Positions 25,533 through 34,939 of a stretch of 37,634 nucleotides of DNA are shown here, in pieces. Source of the stretch: a virus (taxonomy: Duplodnaviria; Caudoviricetes). How positions within the stretch are numbered: the stretch's first letter is position 1; each line of letters opens with the position of its first letter. Below the pieces are notes generated by a model. It did not search any database and was not told the DNA's origin. It worked only from the letters and a program-made list of their open reading frames with translations. The translations under genes were made by a program, and so were the position numbers. The stretch lies in IMG/VR virus record IMGVR_UViG_3300027863_000091, positions 1 to 37,634 of that record. The stretch is one strand, 5' to 3'.

Positions 25533-26918
25533 ATGGATCAACAACAAGTCATCAAACTGGTATTCGACATCCTCGGCAAGGAGGCCGCGGACAGGATGCG
25601 CGAGTCGTTCGACCGGCTCAAGGGGTCGGTGCACACGACGGCTGACTCGTACGAGGTCCTCGAACGACAGGTCGGTGAGTACGAGGTCCTCCAACGTCGC
25701 GTCACGACAACCACTCAGACCGTGGTACAGGCTGAGGCCGAGCAGATCGACATGCTCAAGCACCTGGGTGTGCAACTCGAGGTGACAGCGGCGGCATCGG
25801 CCCACGTGGGCCACACGCTGGAGCGTAATGGCTCGTTTGGCCAGGGCGTGATGCAGGCATCCTACGCGATCCAGGACTTTACCTCGGTCATGGGAACCCA
25901 GGGCCTGGGGCGCGCGCTCGGCGCGATTCAGAACAACATCCCGACACTTGTCTCGGCTCTCGGCGTGGGCGCCGGCCTTACGGGCGTGATCTCGGTCCTG
26001 TCGGTGGGTGTGGGACTGCTCGTCGACAACTGGGGCAAGCTCACTGGCCACTGGAAGACGGAGGAGACCGAGAAGGAGGCCAAGCGAATGCAATCGCTGG
26101 CCAAGGCGACCGAGGACGCAGCCGCGGCAGCTGAACGGTACGCGAGGACCCATTCCCGGCCTCAGCGCGAGGAGGAAGGCGCGTTGAAAAAGGCTGTCGA
26201 GGAGTTTGGCGGCCCAGCCGTGGTCAAAGAGCTGGAGGAGGCGCTCAAGGCCCACCAGGGTGACTTCGGTCCCGAGACCAATCGCAAGCATGCGCAAACA
26301 TTCTTCGCGAATTTGATGCAAGGCAATCGCAAGGCGTGGAACATGCTCCAGGATCTCGACCTGCACGGCGAGGTCGGAGCGGTCTTGCACGGGGGGCCGA
26401 CGCCCCAGGAACGCGCGCAAAAAGCGCAGCGGTGGCGCGACACTGAGCGGCGACTCGTCGAGGATCACCAGCGCAAGCAGAAGGAGGAAGCCGACCACGC
26501 GGCGCAGCAGAAGCAGCGCCAGGAGGAGCAGGCACGCCAGGACTGGGAGCGATTCCAGAAGCCGGCAAAGGAGGCGTGGGAAAAGGGAGAACGACGCGCG
26601 GTCCCCAAACGAGTCGAGCAGCATACCCCCAGCAACGAAACACCGAAGACGAGTCTGCTCCTGTTCTCGCGCGAGCAGATCAGGGATGTGCAGGACACCG
26701 TGTTCTTCAACACGGGTAAACGCATCGATATGGCAACAGGTGCCCGGATGCTGGCTCGACAGCAGGACGAACTCAATCGAGCCCAGCGCGAGTTCGGGGA
26801 CGCGATTCTCACGCAAATGAGCGGCAATGACCGTCAGATCGCTATCCTGCGCGAGCTGACGAGGCGCGCACGTATAAGCATGGACCAGGGTGTCATGCCC
26901 TCGGGGCTCCCTCGATGA
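25533..26918 (+). CDS. Tape measure protein (short, 461 aa)
   Basis: QASYAIQDFTS...AIQNNIP motif, hydrophobic Gly/Ala segment and long helical charged region. Confidence 0.7.
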   Translation: MDQQQVIKLVFDILGKEAADRMRESFDRLKGSVHTTADSYEVLERQVGEYEVLQRRVTTTTQTVVQAEAEQIDMLKHLGVQLEVTAAASAHVGHTLERNGSFGQGVMQASYAIQDFTSVMGTQGLGRALGAIQNNIPTLVSALGVGAGLTGVISVLSVGVGLLVDNWGKLTGHWKTEETEKEAKRMQSLAKATEDAAAAAERYARTHSRPQREEEGALKKAVEEFGGPAVVKELEEALKAHQGDFGPETNRKHAQTFFANLMQGNRKAWNMLQDLDLHGEVGAVLHGGPTPQERAQKAQRWRDTERRLVEDHQRKQKEEADHAAQQKQRQEEQARQDWERFQKPAKEAWEKGERRAVPKRVEQHTPSNETPKTSLLLFSREQIRDVQDTVFFNTGKRIDMATGARMLARQQDELNRAQREFGDAILTQMSGNDRQIAILRELTRRARISMDQGVMPSGLPR

Positions 26919-26938
26919 GAGAGCCCCTTGGGCGATCG

Positions 26939-27379
26939 TCAGGGCAGGTACGGGCCGACGATCGGAGACTGCCCCGGATACACCAGGCCAGCCGCGCGCT
27001 CCATCGCGCCCACCTCGCGCTGCATCAGCCGGTTGCGCTCGAGGTCGGTCTGTCGCTGCAAGAGCTGCCGACTCAGCTCGAGACGCGCCGGCAGCGTGCG
27101 CTCGAACTCGGCCTTCGCCTCTTGGAGGGCCCGCCCCTCAAGCTGCGCCTCGCGCGCCTCGCGATTGATCCGGCCGACGTACGCCCTGTGCTGGTGGGCC
27201 TTGCGCCTGGCGATCAGGCGATCGGCCTCGGTGCGTCGGGTGGAGCGTGGGACAGCCCGCGTCTGTGGGACGACACGGGGAGCCCTGGCCAGCGCCGACG
27301 CCTTTGGCGCGGCCGTGGGCGACCTGGTGGGAGTGGGTGCCTGACACACCAACGCGACCCCCAGAATCACAGTGAACAT
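26939..27379 (-). CDS. Putative exported protein (signal peptide, Pro linker, coiled coil), antisense to the tail operon
   Basis: GGAGGG RBS; MFTVILGVALVCQAPTPT...; fills the gap between tape measure and tail tip genes. Confidence 0.65.
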   Translation of the reverse strand: MFTVILGVALVCQAPTPTRSPTAAPKASALARAPRVVPQTRAVPRSTRRTEADRLIARRKAHQHRAYVGRINREAREAQLEGRALQEAKAEFERTLPARLELSRQLLQRQTDLERNRLMQREVGAMERAAGLVYPGQSPIVGPYLP

Positions 27380-27411
27380 CGAACCCTCCACGTAGAGGTA
27401 CTGGAGCAGTC

Positions 27412-29436
27412 GTGGCCAGCGTCCTGACCATCGGCGGGAGCACGATCAGCCGTGCGTCCGCTCGCATTGTACTCAATACCATGACCCTGAGCCTAGACGG
27501 CCAGCCTGACGAGCTGGCGTTCACCGAGCTGAACGCGACCCTCCCAGGCTCGTACGCACCTGAGGAGACCGTCACTCTGACCGATGGGACAACGACCCTT
27601 TTCTCGGGCTGGATTTTCTCGCGCGAGTCATCGGGGTTCGGGCAGGTCTCGGGCCGTGTGGGGTATCGCGCGCTGGGACTGTCCTACGGCGCGTCGCTGA
27701 TCGCGATCACGGCCAGCGACGGCACCGGGACCATGGCGTTCAACCTACCGATCACCGATCCCTACTATAGCGCCACTGAGTCCGGTCTGAGCGTGGGGAC
27801 GATCATCTCGCAGGTGATCGCACAGCACTCGACCCAGCTCACAGCCATGGGGATTTCGACCGACAGCACCACGACGACTCAGCTCTCCGCGTTGACGATC
27901 GTCCCACCCGAAGCGATCTATATCGCGGGGAACTCGCTCTGGGGGCAGCTCCTGCAATTCTTGCAGCAGTGGTACGGTAACCGGTACGCGCTGCGTGTCG
28001 AGCCGTCAGGCCTGGTGCGGTGCTGGGACACCCTGACGCTGACCACCGAGACCATCACGCTCGACACCGACCCCGCGATCCTCTCCTCGATCAGCGAGGA
28101 CACAAGCGAGTGTTATACCCAGGTCGTCCTGCGCGGCCGCGACGACGTTGAGCCGGTGTACCTGTCGCTCCACGACGGGACCCTCGTGGGGGAGGCCGCT
28201 TCGGGCGGCGGCTGGACGGCCGCCGAACAGGGCGAGTGGACGATCGCGGACTACCTCTACCCACAGGGAGGGTACGATCAGGGCAAGATCACCGCGCTCA
28301 CCTCCACCGTGGTCACAGTGCAGAGCGATTATGCCGCAGCGAGCTGGCCGGTGAATTACTGGAGCGGTATCCAGGGTCAGATCAACTGCATCAACCCGGT
28401 GGCGACTGGTATTGATATGACAGAGTACCGTCATATCACCGCGGACTCGGCATTGACGGCCGGTGGCACGGCGACGATCACAGTGGACCGAGCATTCGCC
28501 GCGACTGGGTACACGCGCTATCAGATCACCGGGATTCCGTCGGGCCTATCGCAGGTGTGGCGCAAGTATATGATCCCGAACACATATATCGCTGAGCATC
28601 TCGTCGAACAGTTCAATTTCGCCGTGCCCTTCAGCACGAGCCAATCGGCCGTGGCGATGACCACCGGCCCAGCGGCTGTCCTGTGCTACAACGCTGGCGG
28701 CGGTGGAGCGGGGATCGACGTGCAGATACCGGTGAATTTCGAGGTCGTGCCGTACGACGGCACAAATCCGGGCTACCTGCTCTTTTTCATTCCTACCTGC
28801 GTATCAACAAATCAGAATACACAGGCTACACTGGAGGCTGGCGGCACAGGCGTTGTCGGTCCGACCGATATCATCGCGCTGGTGCCGTATAGCCGGGGGA
28901 CGCTGACCGTCACCAGCCCATCGGCAGGAGGGTATTCGGGTACCGCGTACAGCCGGTTCAGCGTGGAGCGCACGCTCTACCGAGACTATCCGACCTGGAT
29001 CGACGCGGGGAACAGCAGCAGCATGCAAGAGCTGGCTGACCTCATCCTGTCGACGGTGTCGAACGCAGTCCAGGAAGGCTCCGTCACCTACTTCGATCGG
29101 TACGCCCCCGCGCTGCCGGACGGGTCGTGGCCGATCGCGCTCAACCTCGCCAAAGCGACCGGGACGACCGGGTACGAGTCGATGGGCGCACCGGTGCGGC
29201 GCGTCGAGCTGACCTGGCCGCAGGATGGTGCGGCCATCTGGACGACCACGCTCCACTTCACGACCAGGCGACAGATGTTTTCAGGTGAAAAAGTCTATGT
29301 GCACCCGATGTATCTCGACAGCGGCGCACCCCTCTCGGGCGTGCAGCAGACCATGGTACCCCCTGGCTATCAGCCCCCCGGCGGCGCAGGGTACGTGACC
29401 AGCGATAGCGGATCAGCACCTGGAGGGGACGCGTGA
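27412..29436 (+). CDS. Tail tip / hub protein
   Basis: 674 aa, Thr/Ser-rich beta protein after the tape measure; hub-like YTQVVLRG and C-terminal VRRVELTW. Confidence 0.65.
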   Translation: MASVLTIGGSTISRASARIVLNTMTLSLDGQPDELAFTELNATLPGSYAPEETVTLTDGTTTLFSGWIFSRESSGFGQVSGRVGYRALGLSYGASLIAITASDGTGTMAFNLPITDPYYSATESGLSVGTIISQVIAQHSTQLTAMGISTDSTTTTQLSALTIVPPEAIYIAGNSLWGQLLQFLQQWYGNRYALRVEPSGLVRCWDTLTLTTETITLDTDPAILSSISEDTSECYTQVVLRGRDDVEPVYLSLHDGTLVGEAASGGGWTAAEQGEWTIADYLYPQGGYDQGKITALTSTVVTVQSDYAAASWPVNYWSGIQGQINCINPVATGIDMTEYRHITADSALTAGGTATITVDRAFAATGYTRYQITGIPSGLSQVWRKYMIPNTYIAEHLVEQFNFAVPFSTSQSAVAMTTGPAAVLCYNAGGGGAGIDVQIPVNFEVVPYDGTNPGYLLFFIPTCVSTNQNTQATLEAGGTGVVGPTDIIALVPYSRGTLTVTSPSAGGYSGTAYSRFSVERTLYRDYPTWIDAGNSSSMQELADLILSTVSNAVQEGSVTYFDRYAPALPDGSWPIALNLAKATGTTGYESMGAPVRRVELTWPQDGAAIWTTTLHFTTRRQMFSGEKVYVHPMYLDSGAPLSGVQQTMVPPGYQPPGGAGYVTSDSGSAPGGDA

Positions 29437-29834
29437 GGACCTACCTCGAGCAGCGCGTGTGGCGACTGGAGAAGGATCTCGCGCTGCTGCAACAGCAGGT
29501 CGCTTCCCTGCAATCGGAGGTCGCGCAGCTCAATCAGCAAGGCTGGACAGTAAGCGGCGGCTACCCCTGGATGCAGTCTCCGACCAGCGCGGGCGGCTAC
29601 TACGGCTGCCTCACCACGGCTGACCTGCCGGCTGGCTCAGGTACCACCCCGACAGCGCTGGCGAATCAGACCGTCTGGCAGCTCAAGAGTGGGGCCCGGA
29701 CCAACCTGAGCGGCACGTACACGATCTACAACGACACCGGATCGGACGTACCCAGTGGGTCGCAGGCGATCCTGGCCGCGAATCCGGACGACACATACAC
29801 GGTCGTCTCCGTTGCGTGCACGGCAAATACCTGA
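29433..29834 (+). CDS. Minor tail protein (coiled coil plus beta domain)
   Basis: GTGA coupling; N-terminal heptad repeats. Confidence 0.55.
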   Translation: MRTYLEQRVWRLEKDLALLQQQVASLQSEVAQLNQQGWTVSGGYPWMQSPTSAGGYYGCLTTADLPAGSGTTPTALANQTVWQLKSGARTNLSGTYTIYNDTGSDVPSGSQAILAANPDDTYTVVSVACTANT

Positions 29835-29846
29835 TCGGAGGGGATC

Positions 29847-30419
29847 GTGGCGTCATTCGGCAGGTGGGATATCGGCGGCTGCAATTGCGACGTGACCGAG
29901 ATCACGGTGGTCGGCTGCGGCACCCCCGGCAACTACCCCGGCATCACGCTCTCGATCTACACCGCGTCGGGGGGCACGCTGCTGTACAGCGGGACCTCGG
30001 ACAGCAACGGACAGATCCACCCCACCAGCCTCCCCGCGGGGACCTGGTACGTGACCAGCAGCGGACAATCCGCCGCCTTTTACCCCATCGACGGAAACGT
30101 GGTCTTTTTGCCCGGGCCGAACGTCATCCAGCTCACCCCCAGCGAGGGCGGTTCGTTGGCCTATTTCTGCATCGCCGGGCCCTGCGTCCAGCCTCTGCCT
30201 CAGACGCTCAGCTACTCGGGAGCGTTCAAGGATACATTGGTGATCACATCAAGCGGCGTCCTTTGGCAAGGGGAGGGGAGCAACGTCTACTTCGACGGCG
30301 GCAGCTGGCCCCCCGTCCTCTTCACGGGGGCCGCGACCAATCCCACCCTGACCTCTTACTCGTGCCCACCGGGGGCCGTCTATACTTACTCCGACGGGTC
30401 CACGGTGACCTCCGCATGA
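29847..30419 (+). CDS. Minor tail or receptor-binding-like protein
   Basis: GGAGG RBS; GGCNC N-terminus followed by a beta-rich Ser/Thr/Gly body. Confidence 0.55.
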   Translation: MASFGRWDIGGCNCDVTEITVVGCGTPGNYPGITLSIYTASGGTLLYSGTSDSNGQIHPTSLPAGTWYVTSSGQSAAFYPIDGNVVFLPGPNVIQLTPSEGGSLAYFCIAGPCVQPLPQTLSYSGAFKDTLVITSSGVLWQGEGSNVYFDGGSWPPVLFTGAATNPTLTSYSCPPGAVYTYSDGSTVTSA

Positions 30420-30667
30420 CCTGGGACGACGCACTCGAGCAACTGTCGGCGCAGGGCCACGCCCACGCGGACAAGTTCCGCGAGCTGTGCACGCGGGACG
30501 CTGATCCCACGCAACGGGACGCCTATCGGCGGGCGGTCGTGCGACTCGCGACCACCGGCCTAGACGCCCCAACGCCACTCCCGGTCGACTATGGCACGGA
30601 CGGCCCCGGGCCCTGTCGGGGCTGCGGCCACCACGCCCCCACGTCACTCCCGGAGAGATCACCATGA
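30416..30667 (+). CDS. Hypothetical protein, 83 aa
   Basis: ATGA coupling on both sides; C-terminal PCRGC. Confidence 0.55.
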   Translation: MTWDDALEQLSAQGHAHADKFRELCTRDADPTQRDAYRRAVVRLATTGLDAPTPLPVDYGTDGPGPCRGCGHHAPTSLPERSP

Positions 30668-31227
30668 TTCGCCCCTGGGAACCCCTCACGATCGAGCAAC
30701 AGCGTATCGTCGAGCATTACGCTGGATACGCCCACGCGCTAGCGTACGCGCACCGGGTGGATCTCCAGGACGCCGACCGACTCGACCTGCGGCAGGATCT
30801 CTGCCTGCGGCTTATACGCATGGTCGAGACTTACACACATGACGAGCGGTTGCATCGGTCGATCATCCACGGGCTGCGAATGCACCAGCGGCGCTGGATC
30901 ATCGACCGTCGCCGGCAGCGACGCTTGCGCGACGTCACGGTCTGGTGGTCCGAGGACGACGACGGATACCCGCCCCCGCCCGCGCCGCCGGGCGACGCGG
31001 ACGACCGCGAGGAGTTCCGCATGCTCATCCTCGACCGGCTGGGACACCTCACACCCCGGCAGCGGCAAGCGCTCGAGCTCTACCTCGAATGCGGCTGCTG
31101 GTCCGAGGTGGGCCGCAAGATGTGCATCCGCGGGCGGCAGGAGGTGCAGAAGCTCAAGTCGCGGGGCCTGTCTCGCCTCCGCGCCCTTGCGTGCACTACG
31201 CCAGCCGCTGCCTCCCTAGCCACGTAA
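30664..31227 (+). CDS. Second sigma-70 family sigma factor-like protein
   Basis: LTIEQQRIVEHY...DLRQD...LIRMVETY region 2; LTPRQRQALEL...WSEVGRKM...VQKLKSRGLSRLR region 4. Confidence 0.7.
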   Translation: MIRPWEPLTIEQQRIVEHYAGYAHALAYAHRVDLQDADRLDLRQDLCLRLIRMVETYTHDERLHRSIIHGLRMHQRRWIIDRRRQRRLRDVTVWWSEDDDGYPPPPAPPGDADDREEFRMLILDRLGHLTPRQRQALELYLECGCWSEVGRKMCIRGRQEVQKLKSRGLSRLRALACTTPAAASLAT

Positions 31228-31243
31228 TCGCACCGGCGCGCCG

Positions 31244-31690
31244 TCACTCGCTCCGCGGTTCGAACCCCTCGCACAAGTCCGGCTCGCGCTCGAACCAGTG
31301 CTCCCAGCCGCACCGCCGCCCACGACCGCCGGGTCCAGTGCGCTGGACATGGACCGCCGCGCCACCCGGGAACTGCAGCCCCTCGCCACCGTTCGCCTTC
31401 GCCCGCGGCGACCGGCAGCGCGAGCCGTCGCGATGCTGGCAGCCCTCACAGATCGACATCACACCACATGCCGGCGCATTAGGTGCGAGCCGTCGGTACA
31501 TGCGCGGATGAGGCTTGACCACGCGGTCCGCGCACGGCTCGCACAGCACGACGTGGCATACCTCCGGCCGGTCTCTCGCGTCGCACTCTTGCCAGGTCGT
31601 GAGCCGCTCATAGGCCCCGCACCGCTGGCAACGGTGCGGGAACTCGATCGGCCGGAGCGTCTCCGATAGTCGTGGCCGGAGGTCGGTCAT
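31244..31690 (-). CDS. Cys-rich putative Zn-binding protein (148 aa)
   Basis: CQRC, CEPC and CEGC motifs; GGAGG RBS; ATGA coupling. Confidence 0.6.
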   Translation of the reverse strand: MTDLRPRLSETLRPIEFPHRCQRCGAYERLTTWQECDARDRPEVCHVVLCEPCADRVVKPHPRMYRRLAPNAPACGVMSICEGCQHRDGSRCRSPRAKANGGEGLQFPGGAAVHVQRTGPGGRGRRCGWEHWFEREPDLCEGFEPRSE

Positions 31691-32412
31691 CTCGCCCCCT
31701 CCCCGGGTTCGCCCGTGTGCGCCAGGGAACCCAGCTCGTCGGACGTCCGACCCGCAACCAGGCGATTGACGAGTCCGGCCCACTCCGCGGGCGTGGCCCC
31801 GTCCGGCCGGGCTCGCCAGAGCCAGTCCGGGCGGTAAGTGTGTCTGGGGAACCAGGAGGGCAGCCCCAGCGAGGTCCGCAGCCCCTCGCTGGCCAGTGTC
31901 ACCAGCCAGGGAGCGAGGCCGAGTCGATCGAGCGCGTCGACCGCCACGGTGGTCTCCCGGTCCTCCCAGCCGACCTCGTCGAGCCGGCACCTGCCGGCCA
32001 CGGCGATCACGTCCGGTCCCCGTGGTCCGACGCGGAGGTCGTGGCCGCCGACCCCGGCGAGGAAGCGCCCCGCCGCCGCGATCGCCGCCGTCCAGGCCGG
32101 CCCGTCCGACGCCCGCTTGCGGCCCTTGCCCAAGGTCGCGAACTGGGGTATCCGCGCCGTACCGTCCCCGCCGACCCCGAGCCGGCCGCCGATTCCGTAG
32201 CTGTCGAGGCCGCAGAGCAGCCCCGCCAGGAGGTCACGGTCTCGGTCGGAGCCGGCTCCCAGCTCGACCGCGGCCGTCCGCGCGGTCTCGACCACCAGCT
32301 CGACCCGCGCCGCGTGCCGCTCGGGTCCAGTCTCCAGTGCGATCGCCAGCGCGGCCTCTCCGGTCACCCCGAGTTCCTCGAGCCGCTCGATCAATGCTCG
32401 TCGCGTTTCCAC
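31687..32412 (-). CDS. Hypothetical protein, 241 aa
   Basis: GTG start after a G-rich RBS; coupled to the next gene. Confidence 0.6.
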   Translation of the reverse strand: METRRALIERLEELGVTGEAALAIALETGPERHAARVELVVETARTAAVELGAGSDRDRDLLAGLLCGLDSYGIGGRLGVGGDGTARIPQFATLGKGRKRASDGPAWTAAIAAAGRFLAGVGGHDLRVGPRGPDVIAVAGRCRLDEVGWEDRETTVAVDALDRLGLAPWLVTLASEGLRTSLGLPSWFPRHTYRPDWLWRARPDGATPAEWAGLVNRLVAGRTSDELGSLAHTGEPGEGAR

Positions 32413-32479
32413 GTTTTGCCCCCCTTGAAATTCCGCCGCCCGGCCGGACCGCCCGGACCGGGCGGCGGGATCAGTCGTC

Positions 32480-32698
32480 TCAGTTGGTCGACGCCGCCTG
32501 CCGCCGGGCCCGGTAATCGTGCGACGCCTCGCGGAGCCGGCAGATCCGCTCCCGCAGGTGCGCGGCACGGGCCGAGAGGATCTCGGCCGCGCCGGTCTGG
32601 CCCTGGAGCCGCGCCTCGTGGGCGCGGCGCGTGAGGCTGATCTCGCTCAGGATAATCCGCAGTGCCACGCACGTCGCTCTGCTGTCAAAGCCCTGCAT
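32480..32698 (-). CDS. Hypothetical protein (may be the frameshifted 3' half of 32685-32924)
   Basis: Helical ORF overlapping the upstream stop; no clear RBS. Confidence 0.4.
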   Translation of the reverse strand: MQGFDSRATCVALRIILSEISLTRRAHEARLQGQTGAAEILSARAAHLRERICRLREASHDYRARRQAASTN

Positions 32699-32924
32699 CG
32701 TGGATGGCCTCCTCCAGCACGCCGATCCGATCGTCGAACTCCACCGGGGACTGCGCGCCGACGAACCGCGCCGTCCGCGCCAGCTCGTCGATCTTGCCCG
32801 CGAGCCAGTCGGCCGCGGGCGAGCCTTGCATCCGCACGACGGCGGCCTGCACGGCCAGCCACGCGGCGAAGGGTACCGTCGGGCCGGCCTCGACCGGGCC
32901 GGGAATCTCGAGTAGACTGCTCAT
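32685..32924 (-). CDS. Hypothetical protein, 79 aa
   Basis: GGGAGG RBS. Confidence 0.55.
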   Translation of the reverse strand: MSSLLEIPGPVEAGPTVPFAAWLAVQAAVVRMQGSPAADWLAGKIDELARTARFVGAQSPVEFDDRIGVLEEAIHDAGL

Positions 32925-32981
32925 GTAAGTTGCCTCCCAGAGGGGGGCACCGGGATGGCGACCCGTCGGCCCCCGACTATT

Positions 32982-33551
32982 TCACCGATCGCGTCCCGGA
33001 CCGCCCGGGACCATCTGCCTGTCTGATTCAATCCGCTCCCGGCCCGTGGACCGGGAGAGCCCCGCCGGCGACCGGAGCTGGCCGGCGTACTGGCGGCTGA
33101 CGCCGTACTCCCGCGCCAGCGCCGCGAGCGATTCGCCGGCCCGGGCGCGCCGGGCCAGCTCGGCGCGGCGCCCGTCGTCGAGCTTGAGCGGCCTGGCGCC
33201 TTTGCCGAGGCGGACCGAGGCCAGCTCGCGCCAGAGGCGCTGTGTGCCGGGGTTGAAGCGCGGGACCTTGAGCGCGTGCCGCCAGCGGCGGACGGTCCAG
33301 CGCGACACGCCCCAGTGGTACACGATCGCCTCAACGCTCTCGGTCTCGACGGCGCGTCTGAGTTCGGCCGTCATCGCCGGCAGGGGAGCCGGCGCGGTCG
33401 GCGCCGACCGCACCAGCGGCCAGGGGACCGGCGCGTCGGAGATCGCGACGACCGGCGTGTCGCCGTGCAGCAGGTCGTGGATCGGCTTGCCGACCCGACA
33501 GCGGGGCGACCGGTATGGCGCACCGATCAGCGCGGGGACCGTGTCCGACAT
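32982..33551 (-). CDS. Double-HTH DNA-binding protein
   Basis: TGATG coupling; ELRRAVETESVEAIVYHWGVSRWTVRRWRHAL and GESLAALAREYGVSRQY HTH motifs. Confidence 0.7.
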   Translation of the reverse strand: MSDTVPALIGAPYRSPRCRVGKPIHDLLHGDTPVVAISDAPVPWPLVRSAPTAPAPLPAMTAELRRAVETESVEAIVYHWGVSRWTVRRWRHALKVPRFNPGTQRLWRELASVRLGKGARPLKLDDGRRAELARRARAGESLAALAREYGVSRQYAGQLRSPAGLSRSTGRERIESDRQMVPGGPGRDR

Positions 33552-34576
33552 CAGGCACCTCCCTTGCAGCGGACAGCCGCCGACCGCCGGAGCTGGTCGA
33601 CCTCCTGCTGTTTTGCCCGGGCCAGGTCCGCCGCGGCCTTCTCCGCGGCCGCCGCCCGCAGCCGGTCCTGGGTCTCGGCGTCGGCCTCGACCACGGCTTG
33701 GTGCACGTCGGTGCCCCGGCAGCCCTCGTGCTGCGACAGCCACTCGGCCGAGCGCTCCGGCGTGTACCCGGCCTCGGCCGCCGCGTCGAGCCGCGCCTGG
33801 CGGGCCGTCGCAGGCGGCAAATACCAGTAGCGGGCATAATTGTCGTAGGTGGAAATCGTGTGCTCCCACCCGATCTCGCCGGTCTCGAGCCGCACCTGGC
33901 GGGCCGTCGCGGCCTTGCCGAAGACGATCTCCTCGCCCGTGTACTCCACCTGACCGGGATCGGCCTCGGTCGCTTCGAGGCCGCACCGAGCCGCCTCCCA
34001 CCGCGCGGCCCGGTCGGCCTTCTCGGCCTCGGCGCGGGCCAGGGCCTCGGCCGCCTCGCGCTCCTTTGCAGCCGCCGCGTCCGCCGCGGCCCGGTCCGCC
34101 GCCGCCTCCTCGGCGGTCGGCATGACCTCGACACCGTCCCACTGGTACGACCCGCCCGGCTTCTCGCCGAATAAATCGCAATCCTCGAGCATTTCGCGGG
34201 ACAGATATCGCCGCTCTGTGCGAGCGACCTGTACGTAACGCTTGCCGCGGACGAGCCGGATCGAGCCGTCGGGGCGCCCCTCGTCGCCCTTGGCCAACCC
34301 GTACACGACGAACGAGACCACCTTCGCGCCGTCGGCCGCGCAGCGGCCGAACCGGGCCGCCAGGTCGGCGGGGCCGGCCGTGCCGAGGTCGGCCGGGGGC
34401 GGCGAGTTGTACAGCGGGGGCGGCGAGACGATGTCGCGGGCCCGCGTCGCCACGTCCTGGGACTCGGCGTACCAGGCCCGCCGGTCCTTGTCCCACCGGC
34501 AGCCGATCGCCTTGAGCTGCTCCTTGACGGGGTAGGTCTCGCCCTTGATGTAGATCCGCGTAGAATAATCACTCAC
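33551..34576 (-). CDS. Hypothetical protein, 341 aa, first gene of the leftward cassette
   Basis: AGGAG RBS; N-terminal GETYPVKEQLKAIGCRWDKDRRAW module common in mobile-element early proteins. Confidence 0.75.
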   Translation of the reverse strand: MSDYSTRIYIKGETYPVKEQLKAIGCRWDKDRRAWYAESQDVATRARDIVSPPPLYNSPPPADLGTAGPADLAARFGRCAADGAKVVSFVVYGLAKGDEGRPDGSIRLVRGKRYVQVARTERRYLSREMLEDCDLFGEKPGGSYQWDGVEVMPTAEEAAADRAAADAAAAKEREAAEALARAEAEKADRAARWEAARCGLEATEADPGQVEYTGEEIVFGKAATARQVRLETGEIGWEHTISTYDNYARYWYLPPATARQARLDAAAEAGYTPERSAEWLSQHEGCRGTDVHQAVVEADAETQDRLRAAAAEKAAADLARAKQQEVDQLRRSAAVRCKGGA

Positions 34577-34649
34577 TGGAGTCTCCTGTCTCTGTCAGGG
34601 GGTTCCCATGGGCCGGGGCTGTTCCACCAGCCGCCGGCCCGCTCTCATT

Positions 34650-34675
34650 TGGTCCGCGGCCCACTTGTCCGCGTC
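34650..34675 (-). promoter_or_regulatory. Conserved leader hairpin, copy 2
   Basis: Minus strand GACGCGGACAAGTGGGCCGCGGACCA. Confidence 0.75.
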
Positions 34676-34684
34676 ACTGAGTAT

Positions 34685-34716
34685 ATAGTACGTCGATCGA
34701 GACTTGCCGTCAAGTC
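34685..34716 (-). promoter_or_regulatory. Consensus sigma-70 promoter with a palindromic operator over the -35
   Basis: TTGACG-N17-TACTAT; GACTTG-CCGT-CAAGTC at 34701-34716; A9 tract upstream (34738-34746). Confidence 0.8.
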
Positions 34717-34939
34717 GCAATCCGCGTGCTCGGCGAATTTTTTTTTGCCCGCGCGGCGACCTCGCTCCGCCGCGCGCCCGAGGCGAGCGCCGGCAGGGGA
34801 GGGGCCGCTCGGATTACTGAGGACTCACTACGAGCGCGAGCTGACGCTTCTCACCTCAACGCACGCAGTCAGGTCAACGGCCTCGAGCGGGCGGCCGGCG
34901 GCCTCGCCAGCGGCCTCAGGGGCGTCATCGAGGCGGGGG

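Noticed and set aside
26915-27427. + strand 170-aa ORF between tape measure and tail tip genes
   Set aside because: Its composition looks like the shadow of the minus-strand gene, which has the better RBS and a signal peptide.
31250-31275. tRNA-like GGTTCGAACCC (possible tRNA or attP)
   Set aside because: The T-stem does not pair beyond 2 bp, there is no cloverleaf, and it lies in coding sequence of 31244-31690.
32982-34572. Long overlapping ORFs (33331-34572 -, 33046-34125 +, 5' part of 32982-34496 -)
   Set aside because: These are Arg/Pro/Gly-rich shadow frames typical of high-GC DNA. The RBS-supported, coupled frames are 33551-34576 and 32982-33551.
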